Shown here piece by piece: positions 1 through 9,086 of a DNA stretch of 54,809 nt (positions are counted from its first letter, which is position 1; every line of letters starts with the position of its first letter). Under the pieces are notes generated by a model. That model had not been told where the DNA came from and searched no databases. It saw nothing but the letters and a program-made list of their open reading frames with translations. This DNA comes from a virus (lineage: Duplodnaviria > Caudoviricetes): positions 1-54,809 of IMG/VR virus record IMGVR_UViG_3300012985_000013; one strand, given 5' to 3'. The translations under genes and the position numbers were made by a program.

Positions 1-918
1 AGAGCCCGCGACCTCGGCCCAGTCGAAGTAGAAGCCGTCCTCGGCGAACTGCAGCGAGGACCACAGCGCGCCCTCACGGTCGTCGATCATCTCGCCGTAG
101 ATCTCCTGCTTCTCGAAGAACGTGCCCTCGAACTGCGACAGGATCTCCTTGGCCACGTTCGGTGCCAGGTTGTGGATGTTGGCGTACGTCGACACGCCGA
201 TGGCCCGGGTGTTCTCCTTCGCGATCAGAGTGCGCATGAAGTCGTTCGGCAGCGGCGTCGTCGTGGCGAGCGCGTGCGGCCGCCGGCCGATGCGCAGCGT
301 CAGCAGCGCCTGCCGCCACGCCTCGTCGGGGTCGTCCCAGTGCGCAGGCTCGTCGCCCCAGAGGAAGCCGAAGTTGCCGCCTCGGATGCGCTGCGGCTCC
401 TCGGCCGACATGAGCGTGGCGACGGCGCCGGACGCGAACGTGAAGCGCTTCTTGGCGGGCTCGTACTTGTACGCCTCGCCCGCCTCGATGCAGGCGTGGA
501 TCAGCCCGGATGGGCCCTCGATCATGACGTCACGAATGGCCTGGAAGGTCGGGCCGATCAGCAGCAGGTACGGGATCTTCTTCGAGATGTAGCGGGTGTA
601 CTCCGAGCCCGTGCGCGTCTTGCCGGAGCCGCGGCCGCCGCGCAACAGCCATGTCAGCCAGTCCATGCCGGGCGGCGGGTACTGGTCGCCGCGGGCATGC
701 GGGTAGGGGAACTTCCCGTGCGGCTTGCCGTCGCACTCGCGGTCGCCGCAGAACCAGACCTTGCGGTCGCCAGAGAGTCGCGCGTTGACGCGCGAGACGA
801 TCTCATCGGCGGACTTCGGTGCGACCCGCTTGAGGTACTTCGCGATCTCGTCGGGCGAGGCATCCGGGTTGAACTGGGAGGCGTCCTCCAGCCACCGCTT
901 CTCAGCGCTCAGCGCCAT
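1..918 (-). CDS. terL: Terminase large subunit (partial, runs off window start)
   Basis: Manual translation from ATG 918 (MALSAEKRWLEDASQF...) gives WLLRGGRGSGKTRTGSEY (Walker A), RIRGGNFGFLWGDEPAHW (Walker B) and ATTTP coupling motif. Absent from the ORF track because it is open at the window edge. Confidence 0.93.
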   Translation of the reverse strand, partial: MALSAEKRWLEDASQFNPDASPDEIAKYLKRVAPKSADEIVSRVNARLSGDRKVWFCGDRECDGKPHGKFPYPHARGDQYPPPGMDWLTWLLRGGRGSGKTRTGSEYTRYISKKIPYLLLIGPTFQAIRDVMIEGPSGLIHACIEAGEAYKYEPAKKRFTFASGAVATLMSAEEPQRIRGGNFGFLWGDEPAHWDDPDEAWRQALLTLRIGRRPHALATTTPLPNDFMRTLIAKENTRAIGVSTYANIHNLAPNVAKEILSQFEGTFFEKQEIYGEMIDDREGALWSSLQFAEDGFYFDWAEVAGS

Positions 919-1273
919 CCGGCTCACCCCGCAGGTGCTCGATCTCCCACGACCCGTATCTCGTGCCGTCTGGATCGCTCACGCCGAAGCCATTGTCGCG
1001 CGTGACGCGGGGATCGATCTCGAACGCGACCGTCACCGGGACGCCGAGGTCGTGGCAGGCCATGGCGTAGACGGCGCGGCGCACGTACGCCTGCACCGAC
1101 ATCCGCCGCTCGCGCGCGGCCTGCCGCACGATGCTGTAGGCCGCGAGGATGAAGTCGGTGTCCACCCGGGCGGCGCCGGCGCGCTCGTTGCGGCGCGACG
1201 CCGGGAGTGCATCGATGTCGGCGATCAGCGACGCGGCGCGCTCCTCCCGCGACAGCCCGCCGCGTCGGCTCAC
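902..1273 (-). CDS. Hypothetical protein, RHH-like segment
   Basis: ORF overlaps both neighbours; 'IVRQAARERRMSVQAYVRRAV' resembles ribbon-helix-helix helices. Confidence 0.65.
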   Translation of the reverse strand: MSRRGGLSREERAASLIADIDALPASRRNERAGAARVDTDFILAAYSIVRQAARERRMSVQAYVRRAVYAMACHDLGVPVTVAFEIDPRVTRDNGFGVSDPDGTRYGSWEIEHLRGEPDGAER

Positions 1274-1959
1274 CCGTACACCTCGTCTTCGTCGTCGTCG
1301 CCGGCCTCAATCGCGGGAATCTCGTCCAGCTGAATCACCTCGGCGTCCACGATGTCCTCGTGTCCGCTGCGGAGCACGATCGTATTGACGATCTTCTCCA
1401 GTTCGGCCTCGCTGGGCGTGAACTCCACCTTGGTCGGAGCCTTGGCCCCGGTGAGGGTAGCGATCATCATCAGGTCGTTGGACGCCTGCTGGTGCCATTG
1501 CAGCTTCCGTTCGTTCGGGATGCGGTTCCCGTCGTCGTCGACCAGGAAGTCGGCGTGACCCATGGCGACGGACTGCCTGAACTGCTCCTCGGCGCGCGCG
1601 ACGACGATCGCGCGCGTCAGGTCGAGTTCCTCCGGCGACAGCGTGGCGGCGACGGCGGCCTCGACAGCGCGCCGAGCGGCCGCTGCGTCGTCGAACTCGA
1701 GGATCTCGGCAATCTCCAGGTACGAGTGGCCCTTGACCTTGAGCTTGGCGGCCGCCTTGTTGCGGTCGGAGATGCCGCGGCGCACTTCGTCGCCCGTGAG
1801 CATCGGCTCGCGCGGCGGCAGCTGCGGGATGACGGCCGACTTCGGCTCGTCGCCCTCATCCTTCTCGCGGCGGCCACGCTTCGGCGCGTCGTCCCAGGGG
1901 TGCGTGCCCTTCTTCGGCGGATTGGGCTCCTCGAAGTCCATGTAGACCGCGTCAGTCAC
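1270..1959 (-). CDS. Probable terminase small subunit (HTH)
   Basis: HTH-like AAKLKVKGHSYLEIAEILEF, acidic C-terminal tail, two genes upstream of terL. Confidence 0.65.
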   Translation of the reverse strand: MTDAVYMDFEEPNPPKKGTHPWDDAPKRGRREKDEGDEPKSAVIPQLPPREPMLTGDEVRRGISDRNKAAAKLKVKGHSYLEIAEILEFDDAAAARRAVEAAVAATLSPEELDLTRAIVVARAEEQFRQSVAMGHADFLVDDDGNRIPNERKLQWHQQASNDLMMIATLTGAKAPTKVEFTPSEAELEKIVNTIVLRSGHEDIVDAEVIQLDEIPAIEAGDDDEDEVYG

Positions 1960-2126
1960 GTCCTGCCCGCCCTTACTGCGTCGCTCACCGCCCGTCGGAC
2001 GAAGTCGGAGCGCGTCTGGGTGCCCCGAGCCTGGTCGACGGCATTGATCTCGGTCGTGGAGAAGCGCACGACGACCGTCTTGCCGCGGCTCTCGCCGCTG
2101 ACAGGAGGTCTACCCGTGCTCGCCAT
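1956..2126 (-). CDS. Ribbon-helix-helix DNA-binding protein (56 aa)
   Basis: Manual translation MASTGRPPVSGESRGKTVVVRFSTTEINAVDQARGTQTRSDFVRRAVSDAVRAGRT. GRP + beta strand + RSDFVRRAV pattern; GTGA overlap with next gene. Too short for the ORF track. Confidence 0.75.
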   Translation of the reverse strand: MASTGRPPVSGESRGKTVVVRFSTTEINAVDQARGTQTRSDFVRRAVSDAVRAGRT

Positions 2127-2562
2127 GCGGGAAACGTATCACAGAAGTGCCCTCGCGCTCCGGCCGGTCGCGCTCGTCGGGCGGGTTGAGGGTCACGATC
2201 GGCGCCGACGGGCGCAGCAGGAGGTCGCCGTACTCCTCCAGCGCGATCTCGGCGTGGCGCAGGCGCGTGTCGTGCAGCCAGAGCAGCAGCCAGTGGCCTG
2301 GGAAGATGCGTCCCTCCCACTGCATGCCGTCGGCGTTGCGCAGGATCGTGATGTCGATGTAGTTCTCGCTGCCGCGGGTGCCGCTGATGGGCGCCTGGCG
2401 GTGGTTGTGCATCTCGATCAGCCGTGCGCCGCGCAGGGGAAGCTCGCGCTGCAGCGCCGCGACGCCGTCGATGCCGGACCTCGTGGTGCCGTCCCACTTC
2501 CAGCCGACGACCTGGAGCGTGGCGCGCTCCAGCGCCATGTCGAACATGCTCAGGTCAGACAT
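2110..2562 (-). CDS. Hypothetical protein
   Basis: MSDLSMFDMAL... with GGAGG upstream; overlaps upstream gene. Confidence 0.7.
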   Translation of the reverse strand: MSDLSMFDMALERATLQVVGWKWDGTTRSGIDGVAALQRELPLRGARLIEMHNHRQAPISGTRGSENYIDITILRNADGMQWEGRIFPGHWLLLWLHDTRLRHAEIALEEYGDLLLRPSAPIVTLNPPDERDRPEREGTSVIRFPHGEHG

Positions 2563-2824
2563 TGATGACCTCCGTGGTGAACTCGTTCTCGTGGTTGCGC
2601 TGACGTGCGATCTCGGCGTGCTCGTACCAGCGCTCGAAGTCGCGACCCTCGGCCTGGTACTCCGAGCGGACGAAGGCGATAGGACGCTCGCAGACCTTGA
2701 GCCAGCGCGCATGGTCGCCGGTGGCGAGGTAGACGTCGCTGGCCCGCAGCCGCCGGTCGCGCGCGAACTGACGCATCTGCACCCACGACGTGAAGCAGAG
2801 GTAGACCGGCGACTGCTCAACCAC
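2555..2824 (-). CDS. Hypothetical protein
   Basis: ORF preceded by GAAGGGAAC RBS. Confidence 0.7.
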   Translation of the reverse strand: MVEQSPVYLCFTSWVQMRQFARDRRLRASDVYLATGDHARWLKVCERPIAFVRSEYQAEGRDFERWYEHAEIARQRNHENEFTTEVINV

Positions 2825-2876
2825 GCTGTTCCCTTCGACTTATGTGATACAGAATAGCCTGCCCCAAGTTGGGGCG

Positions 2877-3056
2877 CTACCAGGGCAACGTCACGGGCTC
2901 GCGACGAACGTGCTCGGCGTCGAATGCGCGGCGTGCGAGATCGTGCGCCCAGTCCGGCAGGATGCCGACCTCGCCGCGGTAGCTGACCGCCGTGACGTAG
3001 TAGTCGGGCATCCGCTGGGGCGGGAACAGGCCCCGCCCCAGCGTGCACTCAGGCAT
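2877..3056 (-). CDS. Hypothetical protein (59 aa)
   Basis: Manual translation MPECTLGRGLFPPQRMPDYYV...PVTLPW; fills the gap, overlaps upstream stop. Confidence 0.55.
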   Translation of the reverse strand: MPECTLGRGLFPPQRMPDYYVTAVSYRGEVGILPDWAHDLARRAFDAEHVRREPVTLPW

Positions 3057-3528
3057 CCCGCAACTCCGGCCGCAGCCAGTACGTGATCGTCGCCCGGTTC
3101 GAGTCCCATTCGACCTGGTCGTCCATCTCGGTCACGGGGAACCATGCCATGCCCGCCGGCGGCTCCGGCAGCATGTCCAGCATTGCGGTCCACTCGACCA
3201 GCAGCTTCCGGTTGAACTCGTCGATCTGCTCACGGACCAGCCTGTCGAAGGGAGTCTCCTCGATGAAGAGCGCCGAGAATCGATCGTCGACCTCCCCCGC
3301 GTAGAGCTTGTCCAGCGAGATGATCTCGTCGACCCATGCGACCGGCGCGTCAGGCCCGCGCGCGGGCAGATGGAGCGTCGTCGGCACCGTGTTATGCAGC
3401 GTGGGGCGGCCGGCGGCGCGGATCCTGCCCATGACCTGCTCGTGGTGCATGGCCCGGACGCGCTCGTGCGCGCGGCGCAGGCCGCTGTCGCAGCCGCGCT
3501 CGGAGCAGAGGTGGTGCGTGTACGTCAT
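3049..3528 (-). CDS. Hypothetical protein
   Basis: MTYTHHLCSERGC..., ATGA overlap with upstream gene. Confidence 0.65.
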   Translation of the reverse strand: MTYTHHLCSERGCDSGLRRAHERVRAMHHEQVMGRIRAAGRPTLHNTVPTTLHLPARGPDAPVAWVDEIISLDKLYAGEVDDRFSALFIEETPFDRLVREQIDEFNRKLLVEWTAMLDMLPEPPAGMAWFPVTEMDDQVEWDSNRATITYWLRPELRDA

Positions 3529-3731
3529 CGGGTCCGTCCCATCTGGCGGTCGTACCCCGCCTGCCACTCGTCGTGCGACATCCGCCACGCTGACGGATCC
3601 TCGGGCTCGGCGCGCCGCGGCGCCTGCGAGCCCATCGCGGCCAGCGTCGCACGGCCGGCGGCCGCCGTCGGGCGCACGAACACGTCACGCAGCACGGCGC
3701 CGAGGAACGCCATGAAGCTGAGGAAGATCAC
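3525..3731 (-). CDS. Small membrane-anchored hypothetical protein
   Basis: Hydrophobic N-terminus, 4-bp overlaps on both sides. Confidence 0.6.
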   Translation of the reverse strand: MIFLSFMAFLGAVLRDVFVRPTAAAGRATLAAMGSQAPRRAEPEDPSAWRMSHDEWQAGYDRQMGRTR

Positions 3732-4108
3732 CGCGCCGCCTCCTCCACGGCGGCGATGAACGCCTCGGCGTCCTCGCGGAACAGCGTCACCGTCACCGGG
3801 ATGGTGACCTGCACGATGTCCTCCCGGAGACGTGCCATCCGCACCTCGGCGCCTTGCAGCATGATCGGGTCACCGATGCCGGCGTCGTGCTCCTTGAGGC
3901 CGAAGACGCGCGCGAGCGTCGACCACAGCCGGTTGGACTGGTCGCGGTTCAGTTCGTCGGTGCGCTGCACCGTCATCCGCGTGCGGTTCTCCTCGATCGT
4001 CTTCTCGGCGCGCTCGAGATCGACGAAGCTGTGACGCCACGGCGCGCGCACCATATCGTCCTCGATGCTGACAGCGCGCGTCTCGATGTGGCCGATGGTT
4101 TCAGGCAT
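3728..4108 (-). CDS. Hypothetical protein
   Basis: MPETIGHIE... after GAAGGA RBS. Confidence 0.7.
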   Translation of the reverse strand: MPETIGHIETRAVSIEDDMVRAPWRHSFVDLERAEKTIEENRTRMTVQRTDELNRDQSNRLWSTLARVFGLKEHDAGIGDPIMLQGAEVRMARLREDIVQVTIPVTVTLFREDAEAFIAAVEEAAR

Positions 4109-4265
4109 GGTCCTTCTCCTCGCTCTGGCCACGGTGCGTGCCGTGGCCCTGGTTGTTCTGGTGATCCGCCAGGATCTGCAGGCGGCGCTCGCGGCGGACG
4201 GTGCGCGCGACGGCGCGCGACCAGCCGCACGGGCAGGTGATGATGCGGACGGTGGACGGTGTCAT
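4101..4265 (-). CDS. Small hypothetical protein (CPCG...H motif)
   Basis: MTPSTVRIITCPCGWSR..., overlaps neighbours. Confidence 0.5.
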   Translation of the reverse strand: MTPSTVRIITCPCGWSRAVARTVRRERRLQILADHQNNQGHGTHRGQSEEKDHA

Positions 4266-4582
4266 GCGCGCTCCCGGGTGATGATGTGGACTAGGTGCTC
4301 GTCGACGAGGTCGGCACCCTCCACGAGGGCGACGCTCATGCCGCGCATACGCTCCTCGAGGAACCGCCGGTCGCCGTGCAGGTATGTGATGCGGCCGCCG
4401 CTCGGGAAGCGCAGCTGCATCGTCGGCTCGACCCGGCGCTCGACGTACTCGCCGAACCCGAGTTCGTGCATGAGCCACGTGTCGTCGTCCAGCTGATCGC
4501 GGGCGACGCTCCGCAGCGGGAACAGGCACAGGGCGCTGCGGCCCATCGTGGCGAGGGTCAGGCGCTGTGGCAGCACGCTCAT
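4262..4582 (-). CDS. Hypothetical protein
   Basis: MSVLPQRLTL..., ATGA overlap. Confidence 0.65.
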   Translation of the reverse strand: MSVLPQRLTLATMGRSALCLFPLRSVARDQLDDDTWLMHELGFGEYVERRVEPTMQLRFPSGGRITYLHGDRRFLEERMRGMSVALVEGADLVDEHLVHIITRERA

Positions 4583-5055
4583 GCCAGCTTCTCCACGAGA
4601 CGCAGCAGCCTCTTCATCTTGCGCCGCAGCTTGCGGGTGCGGCGGCGCTCCACGTTCAGCGCGCGCGTCAGTTCGTCGTTGCGCTTGTCCAGCCACTTCG
4701 CCCGGACGAGCAGTTCCTCGGGATCCAGTTCCTCCAGCTGCTTCGCCGGCGCCGTGAACTGAATGCCGCCGCGGCGCGTGGTGATCTCCCCGAACAGCGG
4801 GTAGGCGACGGCGGCTGGCGCGCGCCAGCCGCCGTCGGCGATGACCTGCAGGGGCACGTCGAGATTCTCGGCGAGCTTGCGGCGAGCCTCTTCGCGCGCG
4901 GTTTCGACGCCATCAGCCGGGCAGGTGCACTGGGCGGCGTCGATCGCCCGCCAGTAGCTGAACGTGTCATCCGGGGCGACCCAGTTACCGCGCAGGGACA
5001 GCAGACAGGGCGCGGGGTGCAGGAAGTGGTCGGGGACGGTGGTGGTATCGGTCAT
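4579..5055 (-). CDS. Hypothetical protein
   Basis: MTDTTTVPDH... after GAAGGGAAC RBS; basic coiled-coil C-terminus. Confidence 0.7.
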   Translation of the reverse strand: MTDTTTVPDHFLHPAPCLLSLRGNWVAPDDTFSYWRAIDAAQCTCPADGVETAREEARRKLAENLDVPLQVIADGGWRAPAAVAYPLFGEITTRRGGIQFTAPAKQLEELDPEELLVRAKWLDKRNDELTRALNVERRRTRKLRRKMKRLLRLVEKLA

Positions 5056-5384
5056 GAGGGGTTCCCTTCGGTGGTGGTGACAGGCATCTCGACGACGAGC
5101 CGCGACCACGGGATCTTCGGCTTCGAGGTGTCCTCGATGAAGTCGCCGTCCTCGTCCAGCACGGCCTCGCCGTTCTCGTCCTCGACCAGCGGGTACTCCT
5201 CGAAGTGCTCCCAGCGGTGCTCGGAGCGGAGGTTGCCGTCCTCGTCGGGGGCGAGGAGGTGGCCGGCGGCCTGCGCGCCGCGCATCGCCATGCCGATACC
5301 CATCTCCAGGACGCGGGCGCGGAGGTCGACGTTGTCGTAGGTGGCGCGCCCGACCGTGAAGGTCTGGCCGTAGGTGAGGATCAT
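5052..5384 (-). CDS. Hypothetical protein
   Basis: GAAGGGAAC RBS, 4-bp overlaps. Confidence 0.7.
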   Translation of the reverse strand: MILTYGQTFTVGRATYDNVDLRARVLEMGIGMAMRGAQAAGHLLAPDEDGNLRSEHRWEHFEEYPLVEDENGEAVLDEDGDFIEDTSKPKIPWSRLVVEMPVTTTEGNPS

Positions 5385-5599
5385 GCGCGGTTCCCTTCGA
5401 CGTGAATCTCGATCGTGGCGGTGACGCCCACGGTGTCTTCGAGGTGGCCTCGGCTGGCTTCGATCAGGCGCTGGACCATCTCGTCGCTGATGGTGGTGTC
5501 CAGCGGCAGCACGATGGTGGCATACGGCGCATTCAGGTCGTCACTGTCGGTCAGCGGCGCCCAGATGACGGTGCGGCTGTGGACCTTGCGGTCGCTCAT
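5381..5599 (-). CDS. Hypothetical protein
   Basis: ORF with 4-bp overlaps. Confidence 0.65.
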   Translation of the reverse strand: MSDRKVHSRTVIWAPLTDSDDLNAPYATIVLPLDTTISDEMVQRLIEASRGHLEDTVGVTATIEIHVEGNRA

Positions 5600-5738
5600 C
5601 GGGGTTCTCCAGTCTCGGGGTCGATCGGTCGGTTGTCGGCGGCCTCGTCCAGCAGCGCGAGGATCCGCGCCCGCTTGTCGGCGTAGGGCTCGAAGCCGGT
5701 GTTGCTCAGCACGACGGTGATGTCGGGCCCGCGGCGCA

Positions 5739-6224
5739 TCAGCGCACCTCGCCGGTGGCGAAGTCGACGGCGTCCATGAGGTCGGGATCGGCCTGCTCGC
5801 CGCGCCAGTCCGGCTGCGGGGTCTGCCGGCGCATCGCCGTCCACTCGCTGCGGGAGCCGCGCCACCCGTACCAGGGTGACACCTGCCAGCAGCGACCGGA
5901 GATGCGGTGGATCCAGCCGTCCTCGACGAGCTTCTTCATGGCGCGGTAGACGTTCTGCCGGCTGATGCCGGTGAGGCGGCCGATGTCGGCCTGGGTGAGC
6001 AGCGCGTATGGCGCGGAGACGCGGTACTCGGCGAGGATGGTGCCGAGGATGACCTGCTCGGTCTGCGTGAAGATCCGAGGGGCCTTCACGAGCACGTAGG
6101 TGTCGACCATGACGTATGCCGGTCCTTCCTGCTCTGAGGGCTTGCGCCGCTTCGCTTGCTTCACCTCGACGACGGTGCCGTCTTCGTACGTCTTCTGGAC
6201 CAGCGGCCCCTGGGTCTTGCTCAT
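5739..6224 (-). CDS. Winged HTH DNA-binding protein (RepL/MarR-like)
   Basis: LTQADIGRLTGISRQNVYRAMKKLVEDGWI HTH followed by wing WQVSPWYGWRG; GAGGAG RBS; first gene of the leftward operon. Confidence 0.8.
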   Translation of the reverse strand: MSKTQGPLVQKTYEDGTVVEVKQAKRRKPSEQEGPAYVMVDTYVLVKAPRIFTQTEQVILGTILAEYRVSAPYALLTQADIGRLTGISRQNVYRAMKKLVEDGWIHRISGRCWQVSPWYGWRGSRSEWTAMRRQTPQPDWRGEQADPDLMDAVDFATGEVR

Positions 6225-6537
6225 GGCCCTCCTCAGAGGCGTTTGGTGCTAGCAGAGACTACATTAGTATTCCCGCCAGACACCATGGGGCAGTCTGGGC
6301 AGACTACATGGCCGATCCGGGGTTTCCCCTACTCCCGACTGGCATCGGAGGGGTCTGGAGGAGGGTTCTTGTGTCTTATCTTCTTCTCCCATACCAGCCA
6401 CCTCGTCCTGGGCATCCCGTACTTCTGTAATACAGATATCCTACGGCCCGGCGGGGAATTCTGTATCACATATATCCCAGAAAATGGCGAGCATCCGGGG
6501 GAACGGAGAGCGAGCACCACCGCGCAACGGCGCGAAA

Positions 6538-6577
6538 CGGGCCCGGTCCCCCCTCAACAGGTAGGGCCGGGCCCGTA
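6538..6577 (-). terminator. Stem-loop downstream of the 296-aa gene
   Basis: acgggcccggtccc ... gggccgggcccgt inverted repeat ~20 nt after the stop at 6597. Confidence 0.55.
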
Positions 6578-6596
6578 TGCACGGTCCGTCACCGTG

Positions 6597-7487
6597 TCAA
6601 GCGGACACCGCCTCCCGCTTGCGGGGCGTCGCGGAACGCTTGCGTGCGGGGCGGGCGGGCGTGTCCTGCCCCTTGTCCTGCCCCTTGTCGGCATCGCCGT
6701 AGAGGCGCGTGACGGCCGCTTCGTCGGCGTCCGACTCGACGGATGCGAGCATCGATGCGAGCGCGTCGGGGTCAGCCGCGTTGACGGCCGCGAGGATTCG
6801 CGAGAGGGCGGATGCCGTGGCCGCATCCGCGAGGATCGATGCCGCGCCGCCCTTACGCGTGACGCGGTCGGCGATGACCTGGAGGAGGGTGAGCGTCCCG
6901 GCCGCGCTGAGGTCACGCTTACGGTCCGCGTCGGTGCGCCCATCGGCGGGGTCGGACTTAGGCGCGGCGGTCTTCCGGTCCGCCTCCGTTTCGGTCACGT
7001 CGGGCGTGCCGCCGACGGCGCGCGTTCCGCTCGCGGGCTTTGCGGTCAGCTCGCCGGTGCGCGCCTGGCGGAGTTCGTCGCGGACCGCCGCGACAGCCGC
7101 GTAGGCGGCATCGCCGTCGGTTGCCGCGTGCGCCATGTCAGCGGCGCGGGTGACGTCGGCCGCGCCGCCGTAGCTTGCGATGGTGTACAGCACGTGCACG
7201 ATTGCGTCGGACGCGTCCCCCACGTGGGACCAGTCGCGGGTGCCGATACGCGTGGCGACCGTGTGCAGACGCGACGCGTTGCCCTTACTGGTGCCCGTGT
7301 AGTACTCGACGGCGCGGGACGACATCCCGTGTTCGATGACCAGCACGTGCACGGCGCGGACCGCTGCCGCGATGCGCGACGCCGACGGCTCGAGTCCGGC
7401 GACGGCGCGGGCGGCGCGCTCGACGGCGCGGCGCACCTTGACGTCGAGGTCGGCGGCGGGAGCGATGGTGACGATTGCCTTAGGCAT
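6597..7487 (-). CDS. Ala-rich hypothetical protein with possible HTH; divergently transcribed early gene
   Basis: 296-aa ORF with its own sigma70-type promoter and downstream hairpin; GMSSRAVEYYTGTSKGNASRL is HTH-like. Confidence 0.75.
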   Translation of the reverse strand: MPKAIVTIAPAADLDVKVRRAVERAARAVAGLEPSASRIAAAVRAVHVLVIEHGMSSRAVEYYTGTSKGNASRLHTVATRIGTRDWSHVGDASDAIVHVLYTIASYGGAADVTRAADMAHAATDGDAAYAAVAAVRDELRQARTGELTAKPASGTRAVGGTPDVTETEADRKTAAPKSDPADGRTDADRKRDLSAAGTLTLLQVIADRVTRKGGAASILADAATASALSRILAAVNAADPDALASMLASVESDADEAAVTRLYGDADKGQDKGQDTPARPARKRSATPRKREAVSA

Positions 7488-7541
7488 TTCTTCGATCCTG
7501 TCTGCCCCGATTTGGGGCGGTTGGGTGCCGCTCCGTGTGAG

Positions 7542-7581
7542 CGACTAGGACAACAGTAAGTCCTAGTCGGCTACGTGTCAA
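7542..7581 (-). promoter_or_regulatory. Leftward sigma70/SigA-type promoter with -10 inside an inverted repeat
   Basis: Minus strand TTGACA (7581-7576), 17 bp, TACTGT (7558-7553); arms cgactaggac/gtcctagtcg. Confidence 0.8.
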
Positions 7582-7709
7582 GTGCGCGTCGGCGTGCCCC
7601 ACATTGGGGCGGCGGGCCCGCGCTAGGTGGCAGGAATGCTACGGGCGTAGGCATCGTGATGCCGGCGCGAGGGCCGCCCCAGGTTGGGGCGCGGGCACTG
7701 GTACAACGC

Positions 7710-7756
7710 TTGACACAACGGCTCAACTAGTGTAGAGTTGTTTACTAGTTGAGCCG
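7710..7756 (+). promoter_or_regulatory. Rightward sigma70/SigA-type promoter with -10 inside an inverted repeat
   Basis: TTGACA 7710-15, 17 bp, TAGAGT 7733-38; 13-bp arms cggctcaactagt/actagttgagccg. Confidence 0.85.
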
Positions 7757-7830
7757 CGGAATGTCGCGGATTTCGGGGCCGGTCGCGGCCTCATCGAGTG
7801 CCCCAGATTGGGGCGGAAAGGTGCGTCATC

Positions 7831-7950
7831 ATGGCACGCTACAGGCGGGTTGCACGGCTGAGGATCGCCCTGGCGCTATGGGCCCTGTCCGGCGGATACG
7901 GCATCGTCGGCGGCATCGCGGCGCGCCTGGCGGCAGGAGTGGATCGATGA
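7831..7950 (+). CDS. Small membrane peptide (39 aa)
   Basis: MARYRRVARLRIALALWALSGGYGIVGGIAARLAAGVDR after GAAAGG RBS. Confidence 0.55.
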   Translation: MARYRRVARLRIALALWALSGGYGIVGGIAARLAAGVDR

Positions 7951-8165
7951 CGCGCCGACAGAGCTACGTCACCCCGGCGCGCCAGACGCGCCTACGTATC
8001 ACCCCGCGTGGACTGGCGCTGGTCAATCTCGCATTGGCGCTCGCCCTCGCGGCGGCCGTGGGGTGCCTCGCCCTGGCGGCGGCAAGCCTCGCCACGGATG
8101 CGCCGCCGACGTGCGAGGGGCGGACCGTCGTCGACGCGGGACCGTGCGCGGGAGTGTCGCGATGA
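7947..8165 (+). CDS. Small membrane protein
   Basis: LALVNLALALALAAAVGCLALAAA hydrophobic stretch; ATGA overlap. Confidence 0.6.
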   Translation: MTRRQSYVTPARQTRLRITPRGLALVNLALALALAAAVGCLALAAASLATDAPPTCEGRTVVDAGPCAGVSR

Positions 8166-8305
8166 CGCGCCGCGCCTACGACAGGACCAGGTGGGACCGG
8201 CTGCAGGCGTGCGCGCTCACCGTGGGCATCGCCCTGAGCGGCACGGTCGCCGCGGGTGTCGCCCTCCTCCTGCCTGCCGCCGTCGCGATCGGACTGTTCC
8301 GATGA
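8162..8305 (+). CDS. Small membrane protein
   Basis: MTRRAYDRTRWDRLQACALTVGIALSGTVAAGVALLLPAAVAIGLFR; ATGA overlaps. Confidence 0.6.
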   Translation: MTRRAYDRTRWDRLQACALTVGIALSGTVAAGVALLLPAAVAIGLFR

Positions 8306-8544
8306 CCATCAACGAAGATCGCCCCAACCTGGGGCGCGCCGAGCTACCGACGTTCGTCCTGGCCCGCACGCCCAGCCGTCGACCGACGCTGCAGCACGTC
8401 TTCGTGCTCAACGAAGATGGGCGCGAGGCGTCGGCGTGCGGACTGGACCTGACCCAGTGGAGCCGCGCCTACCAGCCCGCTCCGATCCGCGCCATCCTGT
8501 GCATGAAGTGCGCTCGTATCACCCTCGATGGAGGTCTGTCATGA
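8302..8544 (+). CDS. Small putative Zn-binding protein
   Basis: H...CG...CMKC pattern. Confidence 0.65.
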   Translation: MTINEDRPNLGRAELPTFVLARTPSRRPTLQHVFVLNEDGREASACGLDLTQWSRAYQPAPIRAILCMKCARITLDGGLS

Positions 8545-8625
8545 CTCAGCAGTCCAGCGGTCCGCGCCCGCCGTTCGAGCCCGCGCCCCGCCCCCGCCCG
8601 CGTCCGCGCCAGACGGCGGCGTGAC

Positions 8626-8892
8626 GTGGCTGTCAACGAAGATCGCCCCATGTTGGGGCACGTCATCGCCGAGAGGTTCTCGACGCTGCGCGTGGCCAAC
8701 CTGGAACTGAACAGGTGGCAGCGCATGGTCGACCGCGGCATCGAGCGTCGCATCCCGCGCGAGATCCGCGAGGCAGCGCGCCTCGCGGACGAGGCGCTCG
8801 ATGCCCTGATGTTCGGGGTCACCGCGCACGAACTGCAGTGGGCGCACATGCCCGACGAGTGCCCGATCTGCAAGGGGGAGGTGCAGCTGTGA
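8626..8892 (+). CDS. Hypothetical protein
   Basis: ORF with C-terminal H..H...CPIC. Confidence 0.65.
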   Translation: MAVNEDRPMLGHVIAERFSTLRVANLELNRWQRMVDRGIERRIPREIREAARLADEALDALMFGVTAHELQWAHMPDECPICKGEVQL

Positions 8893-9086
8893 CCGTCAAC
8901 GAACGGCCGCGCGCCGAGATCCTCGACGCGCCGCACATGCGCGACAATCGCCTGTTCATCGCCGAGACGACGGACTACCCGATCTCGGGCGACAAGATCG
9001 CCGTGTTCCTCGACGACCCCGGGCACGGGCGCGTGCGTCGCATGGAACTCGGCGACCTGCTCTGGCCGCGGGTGCGCGGTGAGTGA
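8889..9086 (+). CDS. Hypothetical protein
   Basis: GTGA overlap; MTVNERPRAEIL... Confidence 0.6.
   Translation: MTVNERPRAEILDAPHMRDNRLFIAETTDYPISGDKIAVFLDDPGHGRVRRMELGDLLWPRVRGE

Noticed and set aside
6668-6688. Tandem 12-bp repeat (DKGQDKGQD)
   Set aside because: Short in-frame duplication in a low-complexity tail; no further evidence of function
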